Below are positions 12,101 to 27,100 of a DNA stretch of 64,000 nt, in pieces. Position numbers and translations under genes: made by a program. Within the stretch, counting starts at the first letter, position 1, and each line of letters begins with the position of its first letter. The notes beneath the pieces are model-generated. The model did no database searches, was not told where the DNA came from, and saw only the letters and a list, made by a program, of their open reading frames with translations. This DNA is from Balanoglossus misakiensis (lineage: Eukaryota; Animalia; Hemichordata). The DNA lies in contig CM082596.2 in NCBI GenBank assembly GCA_040954595.2, forward strand, positions 4,085,025-4,149,024, in the 5' to 3' direction.

Positions 12101-15100
12101 ACCCCAAGGATTTCTGACACTTCCCAATGACCATCTGTGAGAAACACAACCTCTCCTTCGCCAGAACCCTGCATAATGTGAAGCCATATTAAAAATGTGT
12201 TATTTATTGTATGGGAGTTATTTGAGGGGGATGTACCTATCAGCAAACTGTAGGTTTATGAAGGAATTCATTCAGATCTGGGATCACGACTCGATACACT
12301 TCAAAAATATGTTAACATCAATGGATTCCCGCAAACGAGACTGTCCTGATTGCAATACCGCATGGCAGATTGAGCTGGAGTCATAAAACACACATCCGGC
12401 TGATGTGCCTATCATCAGCTTCGAGCTGATGATTTTCCTGTAATGAGAATGGCATGGATACGCAGGGTATTCTATCTTTCCTATGCTCATGTCAGCATGA
12501 TCCATATGTTATACGCCAATTAATGCCCTAACTTAGTCGATCGTCACTCAGCAACAGATGTCTGTACTGACTGCCATGAAATGCCTCGAAGCTAAAAAAG
12601 GGCTCATTCCTTTCCTGGTTTCCTGGATAAAACCCAATCAATGGGCGCAATTAATTCACATAATGTAACAAACGGAAATAATCCCATTCCACTCTGTTAC
12701 TGAATCGGTCTGATTGGGGATTTCCTCCAGAGGGGAGGAACCCACATCCGATGCGCAGAGAGACTGATGAAGCAGGGTTCATTTGTGTCAGATGCATCAA
12801 CAGCTAATGGATCAGACGGCAGTTTGGGCGTGAAATTCTTGTGACAATGGATCGAGGGCACTCGGCGAATTCATCCAAGCTGCTCTGCCTGTCATTAGCA
12901 TTTTGATAGCTTGGATTGTTGCTAACATGCTGCAGTGCACAATAGTGTGTATTGAATTGCTGTATATGGACGGGTTGTTTTTTCATTTGCAGTATGATTG
13001 CAGGTTACGCAAAAATAAATAGCCAGCAATATCAGGAGGATTAGATTTGCGATATACGGTCATTTCACTTAATAAGATCAAAGGTTGCATATCAGCATGC
13101 AATAAAGAAAAGCAGCCAACCAAAAACGTCTGGTCACCGAATTTTTACTTACCAGTGCAGAGATCATTGCTAGATGCTTGAAATCTCCCCTGCTGCCTTG
13201 TCGCCTTGGCAACTTTACAAAATAGACGCCTCCATTTACTGTGAATATTAGTGGTGTATTCTGAAAATGGATATTAAAAGGAGTGCCTCATTAAATTGCT
13301 TATATCATTTTACAATAAATAACTTGTTACACATTACTTTATAACCAACCAAGAGTACACAACTTTCACAATCACACTGCTTACCATGATTATCCATCCA
13401 TTCTCCATAGTGACCTCGTGATTTTTGACGCAAGAAGCATCGATGGCCTGACACAGCATGATGATGGAATGCGTCTGTAGACGGTTGGAGTAGGTGACCG
13501 CCACCCGATTGTTATCTGACCACGTCACAGAGGTAATATAAAAGTCCCTGCAAACAAAAAAAAAAAGACCGATTAAATCTTCTTCTTTAAGTGCTTCCGA
13601 GAAAAGAGTAGAGCAGGCTGTAAAGATTATCTTGCAATGTGTTCTCTAAAGACACATTTTTGTCTTAGGAAAGTATAAGATGCATTCTGAAGGAATGCAG
13701 ATAACCCAGTGTCTTGACTTGCCATCTGGTTAATGCTACACAATGTGCACATTGGGGAAAATGTACAAAATCAAAGGAGCAGTAATTGTCTGTGAAACAA
13801 ACGTGTGTACATTCCTACCACCATGTTTAACACTAGAACATATCATTCCGACATACTTACGTATTTTGGAATGCTGTTGGTGGCACCACCTCGACTTGAA
13901 CTTCATTTCTTGTATCATATATCATCAATTTTACAACCGGATTGTTCTCGGCCCCGGCCTTTGGGTATGGGATGTACACAATGTTATCGTAAACTGAGTA
14001 GTCGTAGTCTGTGTAAGTCGCGAGCGGGACGTCCGTGTCGTTGACTGTCAGGTAACAGAAGTAGGTGCCATCTTTTGTCCACCAGATCGCAGAGTTTGAG
14101 CTTAATATCTCCTCTGTAAGAAAGGAACCAAACCAGATTAGCACCCAAAGATTATAATGCTGATCCCTGTCTTGAATTTTGAAGTGGGAGTGGGTACCCT
14201 ATTTATCACAGCAGGTAAAAACCATTTAAAGACTTTGAAAAATCATGCCGACATCATCAGACATCAGCAATTTTCTTAGCATGGGTTCTTTGGAAAGTCA
14301 TAATGCACCGAGCAATACTTTGCATGATCACAGGCCTTCTAGGTCCCTGGTCATTAAAATCTTCAGCGTATAAGGCCTCACTTCACCACTGGCAACAATT
14401 TACGACCACAGCCTGCAGGTCTTTATAACACCAATGGGAGCAATATCAACGCGTAGAAATAGAGCACAGGCTATACAGTCGACCGTGAGGGTTCCATATT
14501 AAACGCCAAAACCTCATTTCAAACTGCTGTGGACTGCACAGTTTGATTAGCTTGCTGAAGTCTGCACCGAAGCCTTTAATCTCTGATGAAAATCAATTCT
14601 ATGAGCAATATCCACAAAACAAGGTCAGCCCTGATAAGTCCTAAATCTTACCGGAAATTTAGGAAAAAGTTCGACACTGGTTAACAGCAATATATCGCTT
14701 ACTTATTTGTTACTAAATCGACCTTGTTAAAGTTGCAAATATGAATTGATTGGGCTGCAACATCTAAAGGCAAAAACAACAAATTAAACAACAAAATGCT
14801 CCAGGAAACCAATTTATTTTATAGCAGTCAGTCTATCTCACAAGTAAGTTATACAATGGATAGTTTAGACAGCTGATTGACTATAGAGTGTACTGTCTAT
14901 GCTATGCACATTCCGTACCTTGGTTTCATTTTAATACAGAAATGTCAATACATCACTCACATCACAGTGTTCCAAGAAAGGCACATGAACTAGGGAAGAG
15001 AAAAAACCAATCTCTCCTGAAGTCGTAAGATGTGTGTGTTTTTTTTTGCAATTTGCCAATCTTCTTTGAAACACTGCTCTTGCTGACATTGCATTGATGC

Positions 15101-18100
15101 ACCCGAGGGCAAGGGGAAATAGAAAACACACTGGGTAATTCAGAGCTGCCGCACCGATGCATAAATACGTTTTAATCTTTCATGCCGTGCGCAGTATACG
15201 TTACCTCCCTGTAAGAACTGCCTGTTGCTCAGGCTCACATAAAAGATCACGAAATGGAAGTTAATCCACCAGGCTCAATGAGAAGGCTATCTCTCCCCCC
15301 AAGGCAAGACGTGCAGTCTCTTAAACAATCAGTTTATTCTTTCCATCATACGCTACGCAGGTTATCTGTTCTCTAATGATTCACCATGTATCTTTCATGA
15401 AGCGACTGCCAGGTATTTCAAGTTATACCAATCTCAGTGTAAAAAAATCACCATTAATGTACATAAAAGTAGTCATGTTCAACATAGGAATGTTCGTCTC
15501 TTAACTCCCTTTACTAGAGCCTCTCATTAAAGCTTTCATCAATACTCCATACATTATTGTTACAGCGACAGTATGTATATATTTTTTTATATCAGCTGTT
15601 TCATAATCAGTCAATATATGGAAATATTATCTACATCATCTCTTGTCATTTGAGAATTCTCAACGGATCAATTTTCGCTAGACTGATGACAAATTGGCGT
15701 GGCTAAAAAATCCATATGGCAGGGCGGTAATGAAAAGGATGGGCCCGTTCGGTTTTCCACAGAAAAAAAATCCATCATCAGTTGATTGATTGCTGTAAAA
15801 TGCACTTATCTGTGGTTTAATTAAGCAGTCAAATTTGAAATGGTTGTGAGACACTTGGTCTCGATTCAAACAGGACTGTAGTCTGCATGTCTACAGCCCT
15901 GCAGCAGCTAAGATTTGTCTTCATATTCAGACTATAGTAAATCTTAGATATTTGATACTCTGCGACTATCAACTGTCATGCCCCGCAAAAATCAGGGCAA
16001 TGAAAACAATTCACCACTTAAGGTAAACAAGGTGTGAAATTTGACTTTTCATTAATTTTTTATACACGATATCAGATTGTTATTCCAGTTACTTGAGCTC
16101 ATTAAAAAAACAAAATACTGCAATGTTCTTTTTGAAGTATGTAGGTTTTTCACAAGGCTTTATTAATGGTGGGGGTCACATCTACTTCATGACAAAACGA
16201 AAGCTGGTGGAAGACATTTGTGTTAAACGTCAGTTTAGCGTCGGTGAATCACATGTCAAGGAATTCACCATATTAAAAAATCTCCCAGAAACACAGACAG
16301 GCAGTATGTTATTATCCCATGCAAATAACTGAATGTGCAATGAATGTGTTAGAAAATTGGAGTGGTTGACGTGACTGTGAAGAAGGACCTTGTCAGAAGT
16401 TCTCCAAGTGTTTCCCAATTAGTGACCCACTGAAGATGCTCCCAGACATCTTTTCAGCATTGATCATGGAAGTTCCCCCATGGGTAGCCTAAAGTCATTT
16501 TTTTATCATGATTAAATCTTCAAGGGTTGTGCTAATTGGTCCAATTTTCTCTTTTCCAGGATAATTTCCACTGAAGACAGACTGTGCATCTCAAGAAAGT
16601 GGTACTCATCACATCCATACATGCAACATCTCAAGGTAACGCTTGGCTCCATTCTGATTTTGCAGACGACAAAAAAGGGATTTTATATGATATCGATGTT
16701 TGAGTACACGGCAAGAATAGGCAGCTAGATTGAGAGGGGTGAAGCAAAGTCTTCAAATAAGATTTTAAAAGGCTTCATTATTCAGTCTTCCATATTGGTT
16801 ACTGCGTAGGTTTCCAAATTAATGCACAACCTGAAGGGTACTTTGATTTGAATGTGGACAGGGGATGACAGGAACATCTATCAAATCTCCTCACTACTTC
16901 CTTCCTTGAAGGTGTTATGGGGCCGCCAACATGTAGGAGCGTGCATGGATAATTGACCCTTTGGCTTCCAAAAAATTGTTCAAAATGTCATGTGACCTGT
17001 CAGTGAAGATGTGACATCTGAACAATATTGTTGATTAGACTACTTGTAATTGTATCAATCAAGGGAATGAATTGGTGGCGTGATGCAGAAAAAAAAACTT
17101 TTATTCTGGCTGCTTTACATGGTTCAACTGCGATTTCAGGACTATCTAGAGGATTCAAACATTGTATCATTGCAATCAGCTAAACTGGTTTCAGGTTATA
17201 TCGAATTCTGCGTAAAAAAAATGGAATTACATGGTTGGCGAGGATTTCTTGATGCGATTTACCCATTAATGATATTGCATCATATCAGATTTCAGAGTTG
17301 GCTCAAAAATGCCACGTTCTTGCTAAAATAACCACGCAGATGAAGTCTGTTGACTTTGTTGCACTCATTGGTTAACACTGGTCACATGATACCTCTGCAA
17401 CATTGATATCCAGTGAAGGCAAATGTGACTCATGCAAGAAACATAATCAGGAATAAAATCTGCTAAAATTAAATTTCTGTCAACAAATTAAATGTCAACA
17501 TTCAGTATCCCATTCCAGTATGTCAACAGCATCATTAAAACCATCAGGTTTTCCTTTCCACGCACATAAAAAAAATTTCATATATATTAGAAAATTTCAT
17601 GGCAATTACTATATAATAGTGTAAAGCAAGCTGATACTACATTTACTTAATACAAGCAAGTGAAGTCTGCAATTGAATGAATATATATCATTAAAACTGG
17701 CATTTTGGCTGACATTACATCAGTATAAAATTCTTTAGGTAATTAACCCACATGTTGCCCTGAGGCTCATAATATCAATTCTTGCACAGGTTTATTGATT
17801 ATTTTTCTCTTGGGTAGTACGCCCTGCAAGATGCTTTGGCTAACCTTACCAATGAATATTAAATATATTTTCTCCGTCTTTTTATCACAACACCAAATGA
17901 TTGCCCAGGGAGGCCAGAGATAAAGCACCCAATTTTACTTCGATTAACTTAAGCTTTAGATATGCGCTTTGCAAAGATGCTCCAGGCTCAAAATAAATGA
18001 ATAACATTGTTGGGAGGAGTAGACCCATCGTCAAATATGACCTTGCCAACGCGAGCTACAGAAACTTGATAATATTGCTATATTCAAGACTGTAACAATA

Positions 18101-21100
18101 CCACTGTATACTCCCAATTGCAGTAATCAAACATGTCAAACTGCTTGCTGTAGCTTGCTTTCTTTTCAAACTTTGTGCTGGGTAAATGAAGCTATTTGCT
18201 GTACTGTGCATGCATCTTTCAATACTTTCATTGCATTTTTCATACACCGTCCCCACTAATCTCAGTGGAGGATAAGAAAAAAATCTTCACAAAAAGCTGT
18301 CTTCTGGTGTTGCCCTTCTTGTCTGTGTTGCTTCAAGTGAAGTTCTAATCCTGAACTGACCTTCGGCAAGAAGTGTATTCAATTCCTTTTATTTATTTCC
18401 AAGAAACAAGGGACCCCCAGTCCATTACAGAAATTGAATTCCATGTGGGTATTGTGTGCGCTGTGAACCTGGGTCACTTCTTTCGTCGGTGCAATATTTC
18501 AAAGAACAATACGCCGACAATCTACTACAAAGGGCATAGCACATTTCAACTTTCTGACTTATCACCATGCTAATCAGCACAAGATGACGCAGGCATAGAT
18601 AAAAAATAACCCTGCTACTACAGGGGACAGAATCTGCTGGTCTGTCTTCTTGTGGAAGGCTGTGACAGTCAAGATTGAAGAGCTTTTGCTGAACAATTTC
18701 ACTCAGACATACCAGGTAGACATTCCTTCTAGTCACAGAGAAACAGTCAATTTTACCAGCACTTTTCCCCCAATTTTGTATCCCTTTTTGAAACTCAGGA
18801 AGTTTCAAGTCAAGTAAACTTTGAAATTGATTGTACTTGGCAAACAATTTAATATTTCCTAAATATTTATAAGTTACAAGTAAGACTGACCTTCATACAG
18901 CCAATCTGGGATGCCATTGTATATAAGATTAGGAACACCATCAGAGGTGACTGGCTTTGGATCTGCTCCGGCATAATATTGGTAGAATATATTGTTTTCA
19001 TACACAAACACCTGCAAGAGGGAAACAAAAGCAAATAAGTTAACGTTTGGTCGATATACTTTGATGTACGTGACTTTAACTTGTTTTGTATGAGGAACAT
19101 ATTGCTGCATATCAAATGTAATTTTGTTAGAGTCTTCTATCAGTGAGTCATAAAAATTGATATTCCTAGAAGGTACACATATGGCTTGGGTTTTGGTAAT
19201 ATAATATTTTGAATTCCCTCTTCAATTTACTATGTAATCAACACAAGCTGATCTCAAGCTCTCAACTTTCAAAGCATTTCTTAAGTCTACCTGGTGCAGT
19301 ACACTATCAAATGAAACTAACTGCTAGAACTGTCCATCACATTAGATGGAACAACCACACCACTTTCTGGACAGGACTAGGTCTCAGAGACAAGCTGTGA
19401 ACATGACACCACTATCAGCTAGCTTTATAAAACAAGAAATATATAGTGGAGTCAGAAAAGCCACTTGCATGTCTGGACAGGGTGCATTAAATGCTTCTTT
19501 CAAGTGAAATTGTATCATGCTGGTCTGTTTGAGAGAGCTCCATCCCATCTTTATCTAACACCCATCTTTGCAAGATCACCCCTTCACAATATCTTCCTGA
19601 TGAACTCCACTGAGAGATGTGATGCCCTAAGGGAGGGGTTTCTAATACATACACCATTAATGCGTGACCGATGTCTTTCATTTCCTCTGAGTTTCCTCTG
19701 AACAATGAACAACTTGCACTACAAATCATGCCTACATAAATTGCATTGAGGGTGATGTCATCAAAGACAAACAGAGTAAACTAGACTTGGCTTATACTTG
19801 CTGGCTTCTTGGTTATATTCTTTTTGGAGGTTTGAATGTCTCAAGGATTTGAAAATGTGTATCACTTGTTAAATTTCTATCGTTATTATTTCTCCTACAG
19901 TTCATCAATCAATTGTACTCATCAAGTTGAAAGGGGAGGGACAGCCTGTTTACCTGGTACATACAACAGTGTTATACATGTAAGTTTCAATTTTCAAAAC
20001 TGTCTTAAATTTACTGGATACGCTGATTTATTGATAATTAAATCACAAGCATGTATTTGGAAATTTCTATTCTACCTATTGGTACACTTTTTAAAGGTGT
20101 GTATCACATGCAAATGAAATTTGGCAATTACCAGTCCGCATCAAGATCATATTACTTTTACATGCGTTAAATGATACTATACTTCTCGCGAAGGAGTGGA
20201 GAACTTCCCCTGTTTCAACTTATGATATTATTAAGGAGCTAAACTGCATCACACTGGAAGGAAGCAGGAAATGCCAGATGTATAATGATGCCAGAACTAC
20301 CAGGGGCTCAAATTTCTGATTGACAATTAATTTCCATTTCTTCGGTAGGATACACCCTGAAGACACAGTAAATAACATCATCAACTGCAGGTGGAGGCTG
20401 AACACAGAGAAACACTTTTAGTCTGCAGATGTTAACACAGCTGGACGGCGGACCGAAGTTGCCTGATTATCAATTACACGGCTATCAACTGCAGCAGAGG
20501 GTTGATTTGAATACCATGGAAAGGTCAGCCCACTTGTGTTGGCAGAGACAGAAGTAAGATTTCTTGAATATTAATTCACCAATGTAAAGATAACCGATTA
20601 TCTTGAAACGTGGGAGTGAATGCCATCAATGAAACGCATATCATTACGCACATCAACTCATTTGTGGTTTAAGTGCATGCACATGCTGCAGTTATTTGGA
20701 ATTATTATTGGAATCATTACGTCATTGGCTTCATTTCATGACTGTAATCTTACCAGCTGATCTTCAGGTGACCACCCAGCATATTGGAGATATGTTGGTT
20801 CCTCAGCTCCATTTCCAGGTGGATTTAAATAACTTATCTCGCTGATAAATTGAAACAAAAAAGACAATGTTAGAGCAGTGAAGATAAAAAAGCACTTGGA
20901 GATTAATATAGAGCCATTTGTTACTTTTCTGTACAATTCAGTGACATCATCTGGTTGATGAGTTCCCTGAATTGTAAACAAAATTTGCTATGAGATCATT
21001 GCTAGAGAATATAATTGAACATTTTCCATTGAACTGAGTGAGCAACATTGCTCCAAATGAGTTTGGTCAAAAGTTACTGCTTTGAGCTTTTCATTTACTT

Positions 21101-24100
21101 TGAGAATACTGTTTGCTCAGTGAAAGCACAACTGGAGACTTCACGGAGTAAACTTGAAACGTATAGTTGGAAGCAAAGAATTCCACCTACTGTCTTTCAA
21201 TGTCGTAAATTATGTACACCGCCAAGAAAGAATGCCTGAAAACCTGTAGTTCCTTTGTGGCCAACAGAGCATATCTGAAATCTGAGGAGAGGGAATATCG
21301 CGTGACACCGAGATCGCTCTGCAAGAAAACAAAGGAAATGTGCTTTAATGGTGATCTGGAACAAGTTCCTGGTTGCTGCCAAAAGACAATCCTGCAGGTA
21401 TGAATTTTTCTGTGAAATAATCATATTACAGTTCATGCATCCATTACTTATATGCCTTTTTCAATAAGAGGGTGCCCATTCAAGATGAGGCGAAAACGAG
21501 GCCAGTACACCACAGAGTAAAAACGTTATCGTCTTGTGTATCGTCGGTACAAATTGTATCATATATGAACAAACCAGACGAGATCGAACAGTACTCTGTG
21601 GCTAACTGGCCTCGTTTTCGTGCCGTCGGCATGGAGATGACGCCATGTTTTTGAAAGGGCGCCTTCTTAACGAAAAAGGCGTATTGCTTCCAGACTTAAC
21701 CTTGACACAAGTATTATCATTATGTAAACTTTCTAATTCCCAATCAGCTTTAGCTATGTTATGTTCACTTTAAACAATGGACTTCCGGGAAATGATGATG
21801 GGGTGATCAGCATCCAACACCTAACTTTTACCTGTAATGTTACAATCATCTTTCCTCTAAGCCTACAACTGCACAATTATCTATATGTAACTCAGAAGAC
21901 TGTACTGGCTCCTGAAGCTAAACGCATGTTTGTGTAATTGGCCGAAAAGCCAGATGGCATTCTGCTCTTATGTGACGACAGAGCTCGTACAATTTTAGTA
22001 AATTAGGCAAATGTTCCTGGGAAGTATATAGGTCGCTGGCAGGGTACGAATATTACATCACACATCAAAGCATTTTTGTGATCCGATTTTTTGTTTCTTT
22101 AAATGTCAAAGGTGGAAAACTCTCCCACTATTTTTAGAAAATGATAGAAAATGGCAGACTGGCTCTTCATTTTTTAATATCTAGCCGTAAGGATTTCTTT
22201 CAATCGCTGTTCACTAATAATGTCAGACACACAGGAACCCTTGTGTAAATCTAAGCCCAGGTGAATTTGGTCTGGCGACTAAAAGTATAGGAAAAATACG
22301 AAATACATGAGAATTGGTGTCAAACTCATTTGGGTACAGCAGCTGTGATTAACTGTTGCAATAAATAAGAGAACAAATGAGGACACATGTTCAAGTCCCC
22401 TGACAATTGATACATGGCTTTCAAGCAACGAACAGGTCAGAGTGTGCCCATGACTGAAATTGTTTCTACGGCTGAATTATATTTCATTAGGGCCCCTGTT
22501 TGTCTTCGATTACAGGTTTAATTTTTCACTTCATTGTGCTAATGTACACATTAAGGAAATAAGGGTGGATATTGCCTGCCTGTATCGATCAGTCCCTGAT
22601 TCCCCACATCAATAGTTTATTTTCTCCTATACTGGAGTTACATGGCCTATGGTGAATACTGGTGCAGAGCAGCTGCTCTTTTGCATAAACACTGCATTAT
22701 GGATGACATCATTCCCAACAGGGCGCAAAAGATGTGAAAGTAAAAAGGAGGCTTGATAGACAGAGGAATGATAACAAAATTTAGGGCAGGAAGTGGCCAT
22801 CTAATATGATATGAATGTATACCCCTTCCTTCACTTACAAAAAATGAGATTAAGTATAAATGTGCCTAAGTTTACTATTTTCTGTGCCTTTCCTCTTAAA
22901 AACGCGCTTTATCTGACATGGGTTAAAGTTGTATGCCTCGAGAGTCAGCAAGTCGATGAAAACTGAAATATGCATAAATTGGCCTATTTGGTGGGCAGGG
23001 ACATCATGATTTAGTCAATCCACAGGGTAGGAATGTTACATTTCTGACTGATACTTATCACCACTCTTGATGAATTAATCTTGATTGAAATCAGGATACA
23101 GGTTACAAATACGGCTGATAGCCCCAAGTTGCAAATAAAACGAAATACATTGTATAAAAGCGATGAAGATCAAATGGATTAGCGCACCATTTGTGCACTC
23201 CAGTCCATAACGCCTACGCTAATGCCTTACAATCTGTAATGACCGTGCTGGAAATGTTTTAATTGATTTGCACTGATGGAATATCGGCACTCACAGAAAG
23301 AGCCAGAATGCCCCTCTCATTGACTCGACACTATTTCAGAATCCGTTTGAAAACATCGATAAAGACACAAGTGCATGCCTCGGTCAACAAATCTTGTTTG
23401 CTCGTAGGGATGTTATCACACAGAAGACTCCTAAGAATACCTTAGCAAACATCTGTAAACTGCTTTATAGCAAGACTGTTTCTTGTAAAGTAAATGTCAA
23501 TGTGGATTTGGAGACCTGTATGGCCCTTCTTTTGAAAGCCCATTCCACCTTTACTACATACCGTACGTGTACATACACACCATCTGCTAGCAATGATTCA
23601 TTCACAAAGTATGTCCAAGACGTACATGTCTGAACATTTTGTTTTCTGTAAGATATATATTTAGTTTCTGCTTTAAAATAACTTTTAACCTTCTGGACAT
23701 GACTAAGCTCAGAAGAAAATGTCCTTAAAGGGTTAAGCCATTGATTTTGGTAACATTTGTTCTGAATCAATAATTTCCAGATGTCTCTGTGATAATTTCT
23801 GAAATACTGCATGACATGAGATATAATTGCAAGGCAACTTTCTCAGCTATTAAATCCAGCGAGAATCAGAGAAAAACAGTCTTGATCATACAATTTCTGT
23901 AGGTACATGTTTGTGGATCATATAGATCAGCATGAATTGCCAGTACTGTAGTTATAAAAGACAACTATTTTTTTCTCTTTCCCCTGGGAACATAACAATT
24001 AATTGGAAAGCATGACAATTAATGAGTGAAAGAAATATTTACGGGTGGTAACAAAAATGTTCACAAGCTGTTCTGAAGGTATATAACAAAAAAAGATGTA

Positions 24101-27100
24101 CTATTATACAAAATACAATTACATTTGCAGCTCCTCAAAATGGAGCCTGCCTATAAAACCCATCTGTAATTGACCATCAATCAAGCAATGAAATGCGTCG
24201 TGCAGCACACATCTGTACACCCAGCAGATAACACAAAAATATGCCTCCATTAATTTCCAATGATCGTGTGGAGCACATCGCCTCTTTTTCTACGTGTTCT
24301 GTGTCCACACCATTAATTTTCGCTAGTCAAATTTCGCACTGTCGTAATCTATATTTATGGCACTACACGATCGCAAGAACTCCAACAGCATGTACGTATA
24401 CTCATAAAGGAAAGTTAAATGACCAGGCATGGTTGAGGACATAATTAGAAGGGTGCTACAGTGGTAAAATAGTGCCGAGCTACTTGTTACATTTCACAAA
24501 GCACCTGCCCTTTTGGTATTCTTAACAACCATAGCCCAAGTATGTGTCACTATCAATTTTGATGCAATCTATCTCTTCTGAACTGACGAGCCAAGAAAAG
24601 AACATGAATGCACTTAGGCTCTTTTTCGATGCGCTCAAACAATTTCACTGTCTGGTGTTTATAGCTCTGTCGTTTAATACATGTAGATGCCCAATTCAAA
24701 AGATGCACTTCAAGAGATATACTAGTATTGATTAATGAAACCTACCAAAGTTCTGTTGTCAAGAAGCGTATGAGTCTTATTCGTCTCAGTTGACAGCCAC
24801 AGCAAATCTCCTTTGTCATCCCGAAATGCAAATGATTCATCTATATCCAAAAGAAATGATTATAGTTAGCATTACAAAGTGATCTTTCCACACAAATAAC
24901 AGACACGTCAAACATAACAGATCGATTTTGAAATTTCACTGCAGTTATACACCTGTATCTTGCAGGTGTATCCTCCTATGAGATATGCTGTGTATGATCT
25001 CATTCAATAAGGTATGGCAAGCACAAAATGTTTTTGTGTAACAAAATTTGCTGTATGTATATCTCAAAATCCTGATATGTGAACTGCAGCACGTTATATA
25101 TAATAGTCAGTAAAATGTGCGTGGGAATAATCCAGGTATTGGCTTGAGTGCTGGTGTACAAGTTCTGAAATTCTCAGACCATAAAATAGACATATATTGG
25201 CGTGACGCCTTTACAAACTTGACCCTTACCGTTGACCCAGGCACCAGCCACGAGTCTTGGTTTCATCTCGGGGTCAAACATGTCCTCGAAGGTGAACTTG
25301 TTTAACGTTTCAAACTCTAAACCTATGAAAGTAAGACAAAACCGCCAGGAAAGAAGAACACAAAAGGCAGAAGAAAAAGGAGAGAGTAGAGAGAAAAAAA
25401 CAGAAACAAAACAGAAGGAAGAGAGAGAGAGAGAGAAAACGGTTGGGCTTTCGTTAGTGGTCAGTGTCACACCCATGCATGTCATTCAGTACACACGATG
25501 GAAATCGCATTCCAGTGCCCTAGTCTTATTAATACTCCACAAATTTGGTCAAAACTATGAACAATTGGAACATTGATATATAAAAGTGTTATTTAGCTTT
25601 TAGTTTTGGGTGCGAACTGTCTGCAAATTAATATTTTTTGGAGTGGGGGTGGGGAAATTGGTTCAATTTTCAAAAGAACAAAGTTGCTAACTTTTGAAAT
25701 TTTAGGGATTAGATATCCATTTTATGAGAGTTTTTTTTATGTTTTCTGAACATTCTGAATTATCATTTTAAGTCTTCAGAGATGTGTTTTGAATATTCAC
25801 AGTGTTAGAAGTCGGGCTCTACAAATAGATGGTGCAGTGAGCTTTTAGTGGACAGGACAACAATAGGTCAGCATCGAACATAAACAAAAATAACCGAATG
25901 TCAAAAGATAGCAACTTTTGTCCCTTCAAAGGCATAGCTGACAAAACTTCGGTTGATGAAGCATGTGAAAGTCAGGCAGGGTAGGACAGCTGTTGTTGGA
26001 AATTGCGGAACTGGGGGCAAAATGCTTATTAGTAAAAGTATTTTTCAATATTTTGTAAGAGTTTCATTCTCTCTTTTTTTTTTAAAACTATGCGGGAGTT
26101 CAAACTAACATGCAAGCTAAACAGTGCTACGTACTTTGCTGAACAAGAAACCTGCAATCAGACCTAAATATGAATAGCATTGTGAGCACAATAATGGCCT
26201 ACATGTCTAGCACATTAGTCCTAACATGAATAACACCGCATGTATTGATGGACCGCTGCATACACTAACAAACAGTAAAATTAAGCCAATTGTGTTAGCT
26301 GGTACATACATGGATATGTTACGCACAGTGTCTGTGTAACCTTTGCTGCCCAGGATATACTGCCCAGATTGTGTTTTACGTATTTAAAACTTAATCTGTG
26401 AGTATTTACACAAACCCAAAAGAGTCAATGCTATTTGTGCATTTATATTCAGTTATCAGTGGTTTTCCCGTGAGTTTTTTTGCAAGACAGCCAGTTCCTC
26501 AATGTGTGCAAAGCATGTTTCTGAAAATACTCGCAATGCACAGCTTGGCACCAAGCGAGTTTTGACTTTTGGTCGAAACACAAGCTATCAATTCTTCCTT
26601 CGCATTTCTCATTTAATGTTTCCATCTGGCCTTATGCAAATGGTGCAATTGGCCATCTTTCTCATTAAAATCAGATTGCCACTAGAGAAGAATGATTGGA
26701 GAAATTAACTCTGGAAATCAGGCATGTTCCTGAACTTCTGCAGGGCAGATGTAATCATTAAGGTTTTTAATAACCAGATACCTGAAATCAGTGATAATTT
26801 TAATTGAAATAGAAAATGGAGGTGACGTCACAGCTTGTTATATTTTGCATCTTTAAACATTCAATAGACCCATGCTTTGAAATGAAGAACTGGTATGGCT
26901 TGACTGTCAGTGTGGGTGGGTCCCTATAACAGAAAGCGTTTAGTAAAACCTTACAAGGATGCCAATAGTTAAGCCATTTGAGAAAATTGAAAATTATTCC
27001 ACAGATAGACCTTGAGGAGGCTGTTGGGAAAAATAAGTTACCATAAAAACCTTCGCCACCAACACATGAAACCGACATGCAGTTACTATGGTTACAGTCA

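Noticed and set aside
12764-12800. CTGATGA hammerhead ribozyme core (also at 157, 10334, 48780, 58595)
   Set aside because: I found no stem II followed by GAAA and no compatible flanking stems at these sites.
19901-19956. Possible next exon of the + strand host gene ([19 protein letters not shown])
   Set aside because: The phase fits, but the donor is weak (GTACAT) and there is no homology or downstream partner to support it.
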